Shown here piece by piece: positions 1 to 9,560 of a DNA stretch of 64,000 nucleotides. The stretch is from Escherichia phage SP27: sequence record LC494302.1; one strand, given 5' to 3'. The position numbers were made by a program, and so were the translations under genes. The notes beneath the pieces were generated by a model, which worked only from the letters and a program-made list of their open reading frames with translations, made no database searches and was not told where the DNA came from. Numbering within the stretch: the stretch's first letter is position 1; every line of letters starts with the position of its first letter.

Positions 1-29
1 AGTATATTAAACTCAGTGATACTATTGAA

Positions 30-728
30 ATGAAAGAAGAAGATTGTGTAGAACTTTTCATTTTTGAATTCGATGCCGGAAATGGTAATTCATTACTAGT
101 AAGTAATATTGAAGAACATTTAATGTATCATGAAATTGAAGATGTAGATTTTGAAAGTATTAAAAATGTTGTTCATATGGTTGGTGGTAGTATTACTGAT
201 GATTCAGATATCGGTCATAATATTTCACTGTGCTTAATTTCTCATCCAAAAACTCGTGGTTTTAAAGTTCCACAAGATGAAACTTACGTGTCTGAAACTG
301 CTGATGAAGGAATTTATCCTTGGAATGATTATGTAGAATACTATGGTCATTTCTGTTCTGATACAAAAGAACTGAAAAAAGGCGAACAATATTTTGATAT
401 GTTCCGTGCTGCACAGCGTTTAGTACTGAATAATACTGAACTATTTCCTGATCGCGGCGAAGAAAATATGATTGATATTATCTTCAAGAACTACGATTAT
501 GTACAGAACATTCCTGATAATGTACATTTGGAATATGTTCACGGTTCTTCAAACAAATTCTATAATATTGAATTGAATGCTCCAGTGTGTGAAGTAATTA
601 TTGAGTACGGTGCTATTGGTAAAACCAGTACTACAGATGGTGAAGAATTCGAAACTATTGAAGAAGCACGTAAGTTCTTCGAGAAGAAAGTAATTTCTAA
701 AATTAAAAGTGGTTATAGCCCAAAATGA
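30..728 (+). CDS. hypothetical protein (232 aa), acidic
   Basis: Long ORF in the dominant + orientation, tightly coupled to the next ORF (ATGA overlap at 725). No motif recognised. Confidence 0.45.
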   Translation: MKEEDCVELFIFEFDAGNGNSLLVSNIEEHLMYHEIEDVDFESIKNVVHMVGGSITDDSDIGHNISLCLISHPKTRGFKVPQDETYVSETADEGIYPWNDYVEYYGHFCSDTKELKKGEQYFDMFRAAQRLVLNNTELFPDRGEENMIDIIFKNYDYVQNIPDNVHLEYVHGSSNKFYNIELNAPVCEVIIEYGAIGKTSTTDGEEFETIEEARKFFEKKVISKIKSGYSPK

Positions 729-973
729 GAAAAAATATCATGAAAAATATATTCATTACATTAACAATATTTGTATCCATTATTCTCTGTGGTTGTGCTC
801 CTAAAGTTGATGAGATGGATGCTGAAATCATCCGTCAAGGTTTAACAAAACTAAATCACCAAGGAACACTATACGCATGTCATACTATGCGTCATGGGCA
901 AGATCTTAATCTCATGTGCAGGAAGATTGTGAATCGCAAACGTCTTAATACTGTTCCGAAGGATGCACAATGA
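725..973 (+). CDS. putative small lipoprotein
   Basis: N-terminal hydrophobic segment followed by lipobox-like LCGC (ILCGCAPK); translationally coupled to neighbours. Confidence 0.45.
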   Translation: MRKNIMKNIFITLTIFVSIILCGCAPKVDEMDAEIIRQGLTKLNHQGTLYACHTMRHGQDLNLMCRKIVNRKRLNTVPKDAQ

Positions 974-1140
974 AAGAAGTAATTGACTACAAATGTAAAA
1001 ATTGTGGCAAAGATAAGGGTAAGCATTCAGTACAAGGAATGGCTTGCCCGAATCCAGGTCGTGGTAATTTCAGAGGGTTCAGTACTGAAAAGTCTTACGA
1101 ACCGGATCATACCAAACCTGTAATGGGTTATAAATTATGA
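970..1140 (+). CDS. small Cys-containing ORF (56 aa), possible zinc-ribbon peptide
   Basis: ATG at 970 overlaps the upstream stop; contains CxxC (KCKNCG) plus a distal Cys/His; below the ORF-track length cutoff, found by eye. Confidence 0.25.
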   Translation: MKEVIDYKCKNCGKDKGKHSVQGMACPNPGRGNFRGFSTEKSYEPDHTKPVMGYKL

Positions 1141-1496
1141 GTGATTATGTAGCATTTCTTCATCGCTTTGGAGAAGCTAAAGAAAAACATATTATCCGTA
1201 TGCCATTATATGGTGAAAAAGACTGGTACAAAAGTACTATCAGTGTAGGTGCATTTCGTGACCGTGAAGCTGGATTCTTTCTGGGTAAGAAACATGAACG
1301 AGAGGTACTTTGCTCACTGTGGCGTTTGGATGAATGGGATAGTGAGAACGTAAGAACTGCTGAATCAATGCTGGCTATTGTTGGTATTGCGAACTATCAG
1401 CACCCATATGACCTATTACCTACATTTGAACATGCTTCTTTGTTTGACTTTTACAAAGCAGTAGGGTATGATTATAAAAAGAAACGTTACATTTAA
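1137..1496 (+). CDS. hypothetical protein (119 aa)
   Basis: ORF coupled to the upstream small ORF (ATGA overlap) and followed by a hairpin plus T-run. Confidence 0.45.
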   Translation: MSDYVAFLHRFGEAKEKHIIRMPLYGEKDWYKSTISVGAFRDREAGFFLGKKHEREVLCSLWRLDEWDSENVRTAESMLAIVGIANYQHPYDLLPTFEHASLFDFYKAVGYDYKKKRYI

Positions 1497-1500
1497 TATC

Positions 1501-1528
1501 AGTACTGTCATAGTGGCAGTACTTTTTA
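1501..1528 (+). terminator. rho-independent terminator-like hairpin
   Basis: agtactg-tcatagtgg-cagtact stem-loop followed by TTTTT. Confidence 0.5.
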
Positions 1529-1541
1529 ATTGGAGATTACT

Positions 1542-2156
1542 ATGACTACATCGGAAAAGTACTGGTGGATTTTGGGTCATCCTAAATTCATAAACAAAGA
1601 CATGGTTCCAGCTAGGATTGATATAGAACCTCATGATGTGTGTCCAATGACAAATCGAATTGAAGATTTTAAAGCATTGAATACAAAGACTCAATTTTGG
1701 GTAGAATTTCTTTCACCAATGTATATTGAGCAAGACGACGAATGGGTACAAGCACATGATTATCAATTGGATTGTGGTGGTGATACGTATGAAGAGGCGA
1801 TTGATAAATTATACAAAAATGTGCTAAACACATGTGGTGATTACACCCAACAAGAAGCAGATAACACATTTAATAAGATCCATGCATTCAAATCTACTCA
1901 ATCAATTTTTAATCCTACTAAAACTGTTTGGGAGGAACGACACAGTTGGAGTTCATGTGTAATCGATGAAGAAACCAAAGAAAAAATCATCGATGATATA
2001 AAAAATTTAAAAAATACGATAGAAGCCTTGCGTGAATTCATAATGTCTTGTACAATAGAACAAAAGAAAGAGGCAAAGATACATTTGGAGAGTGAAGAAT
2101 GTAAACTTTGGGTTCTAGAGAAATCTATTGAAAAGGGTATAGACTTAGACTTATGA
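1542..2156 (+). CDS. hypothetical protein (about 204 aa)
   Basis: ORF track gives 1530 (TTG); ATG at 1542 sits 6 nt after a GGAG Shine-Dalgarno, so 1542 is preferred. Confidence 0.5.
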   Translation: MTTSEKYWWILGHPKFINKDMVPARIDIEPHDVCPMTNRIEDFKALNTKTQFWVEFLSPMYIEQDDEWVQAHDYQLDCGGDTYEEAIDKLYKNVLNTCGDYTQQEADNTFNKIHAFKSTQSIFNPTKTVWEERHSWSSCVIDEETKEKIIDDIKNLKNTIEALREFIMSCTIEQKKEAKIHLESEECKLWVLEKSIEKGIDLDL

Positions 2157-2521
2157 ATAGTAAATTGGAGAAACTAATAGAAGAATTACGCCAGATGCCA
2201 CCTATTGAACAAGTAGGAAATTACAAACGGTATCGTGTTATTGCTCGTGCACTTGATAAAAAAGGTAGAGTACTGGCAACTCGCACAAATTCTTATACAC
2301 AGACTCACCCAGTACAGAAGGGTTTCGCCATTCGTGCTGGGCGACCGCAAGGTGAGTTTCTTCATGCTGAAATTTCATGTTTACTGGCTGCTCGTGCTGA
2401 TGTTCATACTTTACTGATTGCACGGATAAGTAAAGATGGAATTCCTGTTCCGGCTAAACCATGTGAAATTTGCTCATTAGCAATAAAAGAATATGGGGTG
2501 AAAGAGATTATCCACACATGA
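2153..2521 (+). CDS. CDA-fold zinc deaminase (cytidine/dCMP deaminase family)
   Basis: HAE motif (FLHAEISCLLAA) followed by PCxxC (AKPCEICSLA), the zinc-binding signature of the cytidine deaminase fold; at 122 aa it is smaller than T4 Cd. Confidence 0.55.
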   Translation: MNSKLEKLIEELRQMPPIEQVGNYKRYRVIARALDKKGRVLATRTNSYTQTHPVQKGFAIRAGRPQGEFLHAEISCLLAARADVHTLLIARISKDGIPVPAKPCEICSLAIKEYGVKEIIHT

Positions 2522-2749
2522 AAATTGAAAGATATGCTAAGCATACTGTTGGGTGTGTAAATGATATATTCTATTATTATATTTTTGCACCTGAACTACG
2601 TTTTCAAATCACAACATTCAATGATGGCAGATTTAAAGATACAAACTTCCTCATAACCGACTTAGCAAAGTATGCGAATACAGAACATTTTAATCATTTA
2701 GTATTTGTGTACTGTATACCAAACCCAAATAAAAAGTAGGAGATTAAAA

Positions 2750-3109
2750 ATGGCTAAAACAATTTCTTTAAAAAATGAAAATGTAGGACAACGCAAAGAT
2801 GGTTTCTTTGGTTTTTCTTGGACAACATTATTCTTTGGACCGTTCCCTGCATTGTTTCGTGGTGACTTTATTACGTTCATCGGTGCATTTGTAATTTACT
2901 TCATCCTCAACGCAGTGTCATTTTGGATTGTGGGTACAATTGCAATGGTTGTATGGGCATTTCTTTATAATAAGTACTACACAGTGAATCTCATCAAGAA
3001 TGGGTATAAATTCAATGGCACACATGAAGAAAATGCTGAAGCTGCAATGGCTTTGCAAATTGATTTGAATAAAAACAACACAGTTGATAAAAATAAAGAT
3101 CCTGAATAA
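2750..3109 (+). CDS. small membrane protein
   Basis: ATG at 2750 preceded by AGGAG; two long hydrophobic stretches (FFGPFPALF..., FVIYFILNAVSFWIVGTIAMVVWAFL). Confidence 0.45.
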   Translation: MAKTISLKNENVGQRKDGFFGFSWTTLFFGPFPALFRGDFITFIGAFVIYFILNAVSFWIVGTIAMVVWAFLYNKYYTVNLIKNGYKFNGTHEENAEAAMALQIDLNKNNTVDKNKDPE

Positions 3110-3328
3110 ATGGAAAAATACGATATAATTTACGATTATTATGGTAAGGCTTATATGAAGTGTGGGCGTTATGTTGAACTCTCTAATAGAGAATCAATAG
3201 ATCCCCACACTCTTATAACAATTCATAATTCGTACTATAAAAAAGTTACAATAGCTAATTTTGCAACATACGTAAATAATCCTTTATTTCCTTACATTAT
3301 TCAGTACTACTGTAGAGTTATCAAATAA
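3110..3328 (+). CDS. hypothetical protein (72 aa)
   Basis: ORF immediately following the upstream stop; no motif recognised. Confidence 0.35.
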   Translation: MEKYDIIYDYYGKAYMKCGRYVELSNRESIDPHTLITIHNSYYKKVTIANFATYVNNPLFPYIIQYYCRVIK

Positions 3329-3339
3329 GGTAAAAAGAA

Positions 3340-3750
3340 ATGTTAGCTGATGAATTTATGTCACTAAGTATCAAGATATTTGATATACTAGGTGATGAAA
3401 CAGATTTCAATCTAAGCGACAAAGATATCCCATTGGAAGATGGTGGATACTTTTTTGCGATTGGAACTACGTATAATCTAGATCTTTCAAAGCCTATCAG
3501 TGATGATAGTGATTATAATGCAACAACATATTTTGATTTCCAGCTTGATGGACATAAAGAGCGTTTACTAACGTACAGACGTAAAGGTAGTTTCAATAGA
3601 ACCGAGATTACAATAATGGATTTTGAAAAACGCATTGAACTAGCTAAGAAACATCCATTCATCAGTACTCATACATTTAATAGACTAATCGATCTATTAG
3701 ATAATTATCCATATACAATCCGAGGGTCGTTACGTTTAAATGCAGAATGA
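3340..3750 (+). CDS. hypothetical protein (136 aa)
   Basis: ORF with an upstream A/G-rich stretch; no motif recognised. Confidence 0.45.
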   Translation: MLADEFMSLSIKIFDILGDETDFNLSDKDIPLEDGGYFFAIGTTYNLDLSKPISDDSDYNATTYFDFQLDGHKERLLTYRRKGSFNRTEITIMDFEKRIELAKKHPFISTHTFNRLIDLLDNYPYTIRGSLRLNAE

Positions 3751-3925
3751 AATCTTCAAAAAAGAATACGATGGTGAAAGTCTCTATGATATTCAAAGAG
3801 ACGTACATGAAGCCTTCGATTCAAGATTTAACCCATTAGCTGAACAAATCCCACAAGATGAGTTTGGTTTTCAGGAAGGGACGTTCACAGTGACTATTAC
3901 ATGGAGTCCAGATGAGACTAGCTAA
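3740..3925 (+). CDS. hypothetical small protein (61 aa)
   Basis: ORF overlapping the upstream stop by 11 nt in the gene-dense + strand. Confidence 0.3.
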   Translation: MQNEIFKKEYDGESLYDIQRDVHEAFDSRFNPLAEQIPQDEFGFQEGTFTVTITWSPDETS

Positions 3926-4027
3926 ACTTGTCATAGGTTGTAGTGCAATTGCTGCATATATGATTTTTTCAGCCCCAACCAATGTATTACTGTTAATTTG
4001 GGCAGTTGTCATATTAGCAGTACTTTA
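3912..4027 (+). CDS. small hydrophobic peptide (38 aa, MRLAKLVIGCSAIAAYMIFSAPTNVLLLIWAVVILAVL)
   Basis: ATG at 3912 with GGAG 5 nt upstream; almost entirely hydrophobic; stop abuts a terminator hairpin. Found by eye. Confidence 0.25.
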
Positions 4028-4051
4028 AAGCACCCTAGTGGTGCTTTTTCT
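4027..4051 (+). terminator. rho-independent terminator
   Basis: agcacc-ctagt-ggtgct hairpin followed by TTTTT. Confidence 0.5.
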
Positions 4052-4187
4052 ATTTGTGCAAATAAAAACCAATGTGACTTTTCCTTGATATAGGTCAAGA
4101 GAAATAACCTGTTCTGACGCTATAATGTTGTCTGGTGATATTAAATATCTTCACCCCCAGATGATTTCAAAATACAAGGAATGTACA

Positions 4188-5993
4188 ATGCAATTAGATA
4201 AATTATATACTGACGTAACGAATTTCCTCAATCAGAGCAATACTGATCTTACCAACGAAAATGCGAACAAAGATGCGAAATGCGTCAATACACACAGGGA
4301 TTTACTTGCAGGTATCCTATCTAAGCATTATTCACAAGATGTTATTCCAAATGAGCTAATGCAGTGGCATAATGATGGTTATGGTCATATTCATGATTTA
4401 GACTACTATATCAGCCCATTAACCAACTGTTGCTTAGTTAACTACCCAGATATGCTAAAAAATGGATTTACCATTGGTTGTGCCAAAATTGAAGAACCAA
4501 AGAGTTTTAGTGTAGCATGTACAGTACTGACACAGATTGTACAAGCAGTAGCTAGTTCCCAATACGGCGGTCAATCGTTGGCTCACATTGATGTCGGTTT
4601 AGAACCTTACGTTCAAAAGTCATGGGATAAGCTGTTAGAAAAACAAAAGAAATATAATCTAAGTGATGAGTTCATTGAAGAAGAATTACGAAAAGAAGTA
4701 TACGATGGATGTCAAACATTACTTTACCAGACTAATTCAATGATTAGCACTAATGGACAAGCTGCATTCATTTCTCTTAGTTTAGGGCTTAATACTTCTA
4801 AATTTGGTAAATTAATCACTGAACAGTACTTAAAAGTTCATGAGAATGGTTTAGGTAAAGATAAGATTACTCCAGTGTTTCCTAAAGTAATTTTCTTTTT
4901 ACAAGATGGTATAAACATGAATACCAATGATAGTAATTATGACCTTAAACAGTTAGCTATGCGTTGTGCATCAAAACGAATCTACCCAGACTTTGTTTCA
5001 GTTCCATTAAATCACAAAGTGACGGGAAGTAGTAGTACTGCTGTAACACCGATGGGCTGTCGTTCATTCTTAGGAAAATGGGAAGATTCAAATGGAAATG
5101 AACAATATAACGGTCGTTTCAATTTAGGCGTAGTTTCTATCAATTTACCTCTAATTGCTCTTGAGAGTGCTTCTGATGGAGAGTTTTTTGATAAGATAGA
5201 CGAGCACATGAATATTGCATATCGTGCTCAGATGAACCGTGTGGAGCGTTTAAAAGGCACTAAAGCGAAGCAGAATCCAATTTTGTTCATGGAAGGTGCA
5301 TTAGCACGTTTAGGTGCAGAAGAAACCATTGACAAGCTATTTTACAATGGTTATGCTAGTATTAGTATTGGTTATGTTGGTCTTGTTGAATGTTCAGAAA
5401 TCCTCACTGGTTCTATCAGTAAGGAGTTTTGTATGTCAGTACTGAATTATATGAAAGTAAAATGTGATGAGTTCAAAAAAGAAAGTAATATTGCTTTTAG
5501 TCTATATGGAACTCCAGCAGAGTCGCTTTGTTATAAATTTGCACGTTGCATTGAAGCAAAATATCCTTCAGTACTAAAACGTGATTACATCACAAATTCC
5601 TTCCATCAACCAGTATGGGTAGAAAGTTCTCCATTTGATAAATGGAGTTATGAAGAAGGGTTTGCTTACCTAAGTAACGGTGGAAACATCAGTTATGTTG
5701 AATCTCCAAACTTAGCAAACAACATTCAAGCACTTGAAACATTAGTTAACTATGCGTACACTAAGATACCATATTTTGGTATTAACCAACCAGTTGACCA
5801 TTGTTATGAATGTGGCTTCCAGGGTGAGTTCAGTGTCGATAAACATGGTTTCCACTGTCCTGTATGTGATAATCGTAATGAGAAGACAATCTCAGTGATT
5901 CGTCGTGTTTCTGGGTACTTGGGTAATCCTTCTTCGCGTGGCTTCAATAAAGGCAAGCAACAAGAGTGTTGCGAGCGTATTCAGCACAAATAA
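4188..5993 (+). CDS. nrdD: anaerobic ribonucleoside-triphosphate reductase (class III RNR, NrdD)
   Basis: Close similarity to T4 NrdD as recalled along the whole length (NENANKD, HDLDY, TNCCLV, SQYGG, PMGCRSF); C-terminal CxxC...CxxC zinc ribbon and glycyl-radical motif RRVSGYLGNP. Start placed at ATG 4188 (AAGGA 8 nt upstream) to match the T4 N-terminus; ORF track extends to 4125. No intron interruption. Confidence 0.9.
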   Translation: MQLDKLYTDVTNFLNQSNTDLTNENANKDAKCVNTHRDLLAGILSKHYSQDVIPNELMQWHNDGYGHIHDLDYYISPLTNCCLVNYPDMLKNGFTIGCAKIEEPKSFSVACTVLTQIVQAVASSQYGGQSLAHIDVGLEPYVQKSWDKLLEKQKKYNLSDEFIEEELRKEVYDGCQTLLYQTNSMISTNGQAAFISLSLGLNTSKFGKLITEQYLKVHENGLGKDKITPVFPKVIFFLQDGINMNTNDSNYDLKQLAMRCASKRIYPDFVSVPLNHKVTGSSSTAVTPMGCRSFLGKWEDSNGNEQYNGRFNLGVVSINLPLIALESASDGEFFDKIDEHMNIAYRAQMNRVERLKGTKAKQNPILFMEGALARLGAEETIDKLFYNGYASISIGYVGLVECSEILTGSISKEFCMSVLNYMKVKCDEFKKESNIAFSLYGTPAESLCYKFARCIEAKYPSVLKRDYITNSFHQPVWVESSPFDKWSYEEGFAYLSNGGNISYVESPNLANNIQALETLVNYAYTKIPYFGINQPVDHCYECGFQGEFSVDKHGFHCPVCDNRNEKTISVIRRVSGYLGNPSSRGFNKGKQQECCERIQHK

Positions 5994-6001
5994 GGTAAAT
6001 T

Positions 6002-6334
6002 ATGGATTTAAAGCCAATTGTGGTTAACAAATACAAAGAACCGTATGATGTGTATATTGGACGTGGGTCTAAATGGGGAAACCCATTTACCCATATTAAA
6101 GATAAACAAACCAAAGCCGAGTTCATTGTTAGTACAAGAGAAGAATCAATTGAAAAATTCAGAGAATACATTATTGAACGTATTTCTTGTGGAGAAGTTA
6201 AGATTGATGAATTACTTGAACTCGCAGGGAAACGCCTTGGTTGTTTCTGTAAACCAAAATCATGTCACGGCGATGTTCTTGTCGAAATAGTGAGTGCAAT
6301 ATTAGATGAATTACCAGACGATAATCAAGGATGA
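6002..6334 (+). CDS. conserved hypothetical protein with GRGSKWGNPF motif (DUF4326-like, family assignment from memory)
   Basis: 110-aa ORF between nrdD and nrdG; YIGRGSKWGNPF and CxCxPxxCHGD-like segments; the 3' end overlaps the nrdG start in another frame. Confidence 0.45.
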   Translation: MDLKPIVVNKYKEPYDVYIGRGSKWGNPFTHIKDKQTKAEFIVSTREESIEKFREYIIERISCGEVKIDELLELAGKRLGCFCKPKSCHGDVLVEIVSAILDELPDDNQG

Positions 6335-6776
6335 TTTAGTAAATGGAGAGGGCGTTCGCTGCTCTTTATTTGTTAGTGGGTGTTCGCACGGATGTGATGG
6401 TTGCTTCAATGAAGAAGCATGGGATTACAGAAGTGGTCAATTGTTCAGTACTGAAACAGTTGAGATTATACTACAGGAACTAAAAAAACCATATGTTAGT
6501 GGTTTGTCACTTCTAGGCGGCGATCCATTAATGAAAAAGAATATAGATGAAGTTTTAAATCTATGCAAAGTAGTTAAAGAAACTTATCCTAGTAAAACTA
6601 TTTGGTGCTGGAGTGGGTATACTTTAGATGAGATTATGAAAAATCATGCTAAAGATATACTTCAGTACTTAGATGTATTAGTTGATGGTAAGTTTATTGA
6701 GTCCGAAAAGAATTTAAAATTACCTTTCCGTGGTTCAAATAATCAAAGAATACTATATAAAAATAAAGATTTTTAG
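6306..6776 (+). CDS. nrdG: anaerobic RNR activating protein (radical SAM, NrdG)
   Basis: N-terminus MNYQTIIKDDLVNGEGVRCSLFVSGCSHGCDGCFN matches T4 NrdG as recalled and carries the CxxxCxxC radical-SAM cluster motif; 156 aa as in T4. Confidence 0.85.
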   Translation: MNYQTIIKDDLVNGEGVRCSLFVSGCSHGCDGCFNEEAWDYRSGQLFSTETVEIILQELKKPYVSGLSLLGGDPLMKKNIDEVLNLCKVVKETYPSKTIWCWSGYTLDEIMKNHAKDILQYLDVLVDGKFIESEKNLKLPFRGSNNQRILYKNKDF

Positions 6777-6779
6777 CAT

Positions 6780-6806
6780 AAGCACCCGTTGGGTGCTTTT
6801 TTATTA
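6780..6806 (+). terminator. rho-independent terminator
   Basis: agcaccc-gtt-gggtgct hairpin followed by TTTTTTATT. Confidence 0.55.
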
Positions 6807-6810
6807 TGTA

Positions 6811-6818
6811 TATAAATA
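6811..6818 (+). promoter_or_regulatory. T4-type late promoter motif TATAAATA
   Basis: Exact TATAAATA about 35 nt upstream of the first fibre-like gene, directly after a terminator. Confidence 0.45.
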
Positions 6819-6852
6819 CATTAACTAATATCTAATTTATAAGGGATATATA

Positions 6853-9549
6853 ATGTCAAAGAAAATATATGGTGGCTTAGATGTCACACATAATGTGACA
6901 GTTAATGGTAAAAGAACAATTCAAGGAATAAATGAACAAGTTTTTGATTCCAACGGTAACTTGGAATTAGATACTTATTCCAGAGATGAAGTACTAGATA
7001 TAGTAAGTATGATGCCAATCTCCCATTATGGTTCACAAAACTATCTACCTGCGGGTGTTTCTGGGGATTTCAATGGTGCATCAGAAAACCAGTCACAACG
7101 TAGAAATAAAATTTTATTAGAAAACGATGGTACACTAGTACTTTTACGTAGTGGGACAAACGGTAGTGTTGAGGGATTATTTTATTCATATTTGGCTAAC
7201 GCATTATCAGTTGATGACATGAGCCGTACAATTAACACTAGTCGTCAATACAAGCCTGGGTTTTTTGGTTCAAATAGAGTTGCGATTGGTTTATACAATA
7301 CTGATCCAAATATTTTACTCGGTAGATATATTGATACTTCTAACAGTACTAATGGTTTGTTCATATCAATTACCAATGGTACATTAGATGATAAATTGCA
7401 TACTGGTTTTTTCGTTAACCAAGCAGATATATCACCTGAAGGTGGTATTGAATATGCTATGATGGCAGAAGATGGTTCTATATATGTTTTTAACGTACTT
7501 AATGAAAATAACCAACTACAATTAGTTGTTGTTAAAGTTGTTTATAATATAAGCAATGGTACTTATACTGCAACTCGAATTACTGGATGGACTACTAAAA
7601 CATTTTATAACACGACATATTCTGCACAAAATAATATGGTTATTACTAATCAGGTAACATCAACAAATATTGCTGATAAACCTTATGCTTATGTCCCACA
7701 AAATCTACGCGGTATTGGGATTTACATGACATCAATTGATTTATATGTTGCACAGCAGCCAGGAACGCAGAATTTCCGCTTTAGAATGAACGGGGACGCT
7801 TGGTTTACAATGGCAACATATAATACACGTCCACAGCATAGTTACAGTTTTGTGTTCAATATGAGTACTAAACAATGTACATTAGATGCGGGTAATGATA
7901 TTGGTTCATACCAAGCACCATTAGTTATAACGGATACAGGTTCAGCATTAGTTCCTACTGGTAACGTTTTAAATAACGATCCATTGTATAACCATGCAAA
8001 TGCAAGGAACATTTACAGTTCTTATTTTTATTTAAATTCAGGTGAAGCATTTTGTACTGCATGTCCAAACTTAGCAGAACCATTACTTATGCAAAAAGCT
8101 AAGTTTCCTATTCAAATAGTTTATAGTATGCTGAATGTCCGTGCTGTACTTTCTACTGACTTCAAAGGTGGCATAGTTCGCCCGTCTTTTGGTTCAGCGG
8201 TTGGTTCATTTATTAATGGTGTAGAATTACTACCAGATAACAGTACTAAACAATATTCACGTGCATCAGGTAGTGGTGGATTTAGACCATCATATGCAGT
8301 TCATAAAAGTACTCCTAATTTTACATTTAAATCATTATCTTTAGGAACAATACAAGGTTATGAACCTACAGTTGAACGTGCTAATGTTGATGATAATGCA
8401 AATAATAGAATTTTTATTAGTAGTATTTCTGGGTCAACTGTCACAACCAATGGTGGTATTTTTATGGTTGGGCAACGTTATTCACAATCATTATCCTATG
8501 ATAAAAACTTAAATGGCACAGGAATTATAAGCGTTACACAATCAGTACTGGACAATTTTAGAAATACTGAATATGCCAAAGTTCTAAGTGATTGGAATTT
8601 ATCAGCACAAGCATACCGTGATATGACACTATTTGTTCCACAACAAACAGACATTCCAGCTTTTGTTATGTTGAGTACAATTACTAATGATTATAGAAAC
8701 TATATTAGAATTGCTGAAGTTAATGTCAATACTAGAGTTGGTAATATTACATCTATTACATTTAAGCGTTTAGTACTTGAGAATACGTATGGTGATAACT
8801 TTACACCAACTGGGAATGGTTCGATTGCATCTTCTTCTGTTGGTTTGACAATATATGATGGTGGTTCATTCTACTTCATTGGTGGTTCTGACCCATTATC
8901 ACATCCAACAATAGGTAATACTGCAACTCATCAATTTAGAGCATATGTAACTAAATCAACTGCACAATTTACAAGTTTTATAATTACTGGATCTCATGCC
9001 AGTTATGAACAAGGAAGTCAACCAGCAGCATTACCTGGTATTGGTTTTGGAATTTTTGAACCAATGGATTACTCAAATAAAATGACATTCAAAAAATATG
9101 GAACAACGATTGCAGACTATAATAACTGGACTGCACAAGGTAGCCCAATTAACGTAGTATCCCAGGACGTTGCTCAAGGGTTTATTGTATATTTTACAGA
9201 GGAAACACCAGTTATTCTTTCAGGTAAGTCATTTTCACTACCAGTTTCAAATATTGATTTGAGAACTATTAAGTCTAATCCAGCAAATACAACATTTTAT
9301 GTATATGTTAAATTGGAACAAGGATTGGCAAACTATTACATAACTACTGATGTTATTTCTGAAACAGGAACAACTGCATATAATATTTTTTGGATAGGTA
9401 CAATTCAAACTAATGCAATTCAAATCGAAACAATTAATATACAAAAACGTTCCCGTTTAGATATATTTGGTGCTTCACTTGAATCAGCAGGTTCATCGTT
9501 CCCAGTTAGCTACGGTCTACCATCACAAACAGGAACCATAAACTGGTAA
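6853..9549 (+). CDS. tail fibre-like structural protein A (898 aa)
   Basis: Large Ser/Thr/Asn/Gly-rich ORF behind a late-promoter motif; shares N-terminal, penultimate and C-terminal modules with the two downstream ORFs. Confidence 0.5.
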   Translation: MSKKIYGGLDVTHNVTVNGKRTIQGINEQVFDSNGNLELDTYSRDEVLDIVSMMPISHYGSQNYLPAGVSGDFNGASENQSQRRNKILLENDGTLVLLRSGTNGSVEGLFYSYLANALSVDDMSRTINTSRQYKPGFFGSNRVAIGLYNTDPNILLGRYIDTSNSTNGLFISITNGTLDDKLHTGFFVNQADISPEGGIEYAMMAEDGSIYVFNVLNENNQLQLVVVKVVYNISNGTYTATRITGWTTKTFYNTTYSAQNNMVITNQVTSTNIADKPYAYVPQNLRGIGIYMTSIDLYVAQQPGTQNFRFRMNGDAWFTMATYNTRPQHSYSFVFNMSTKQCTLDAGNDIGSYQAPLVITDTGSALVPTGNVLNNDPLYNHANARNIYSSYFYLNSGEAFCTACPNLAEPLLMQKAKFPIQIVYSMLNVRAVLSTDFKGGIVRPSFGSAVGSFINGVELLPDNSTKQYSRASGSGGFRPSYAVHKSTPNFTFKSLSLGTIQGYEPTVERANVDDNANNRIFISSISGSTVTTNGGIFMVGQRYSQSLSYDKNLNGTGIISVTQSVLDNFRNTEYAKVLSDWNLSAQAYRDMTLFVPQQTDIPAFVMLSTITNDYRNYIRIAEVNVNTRVGNITSITFKRLVLENTYGDNFTPTGNGSIASSSVGLTIYDGGSFYFIGGSDPLSHPTIGNTATHQFRAYVTKSTAQFTSFIITGSHASYEQGSQPAALPGIGFGIFEPMDYSNKMTFKKYGTTIADYNNWTAQGSPINVVSQDVAQGFIVYFTEETPVILSGKSFSLPVSNIDLRTIKSNPANTTFYVYVKLEQGLANYYITTDVISETGTTAYNIFWIGTIQTNAIQIETINIQKRSRLDIFGASLESAGSSFPVSYGLPSQTGTINW

Positions 9550-9560
9550 AGGATTACATA

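Noticed and set aside
4188-5993. Group I introns in nrdD (and in thyA at 54113-55042), as found in T4 nrdD and td.
   Set aside because: Both reading frames are continuous and align end to end with the uninterrupted protein; no intervening non-coding segment.
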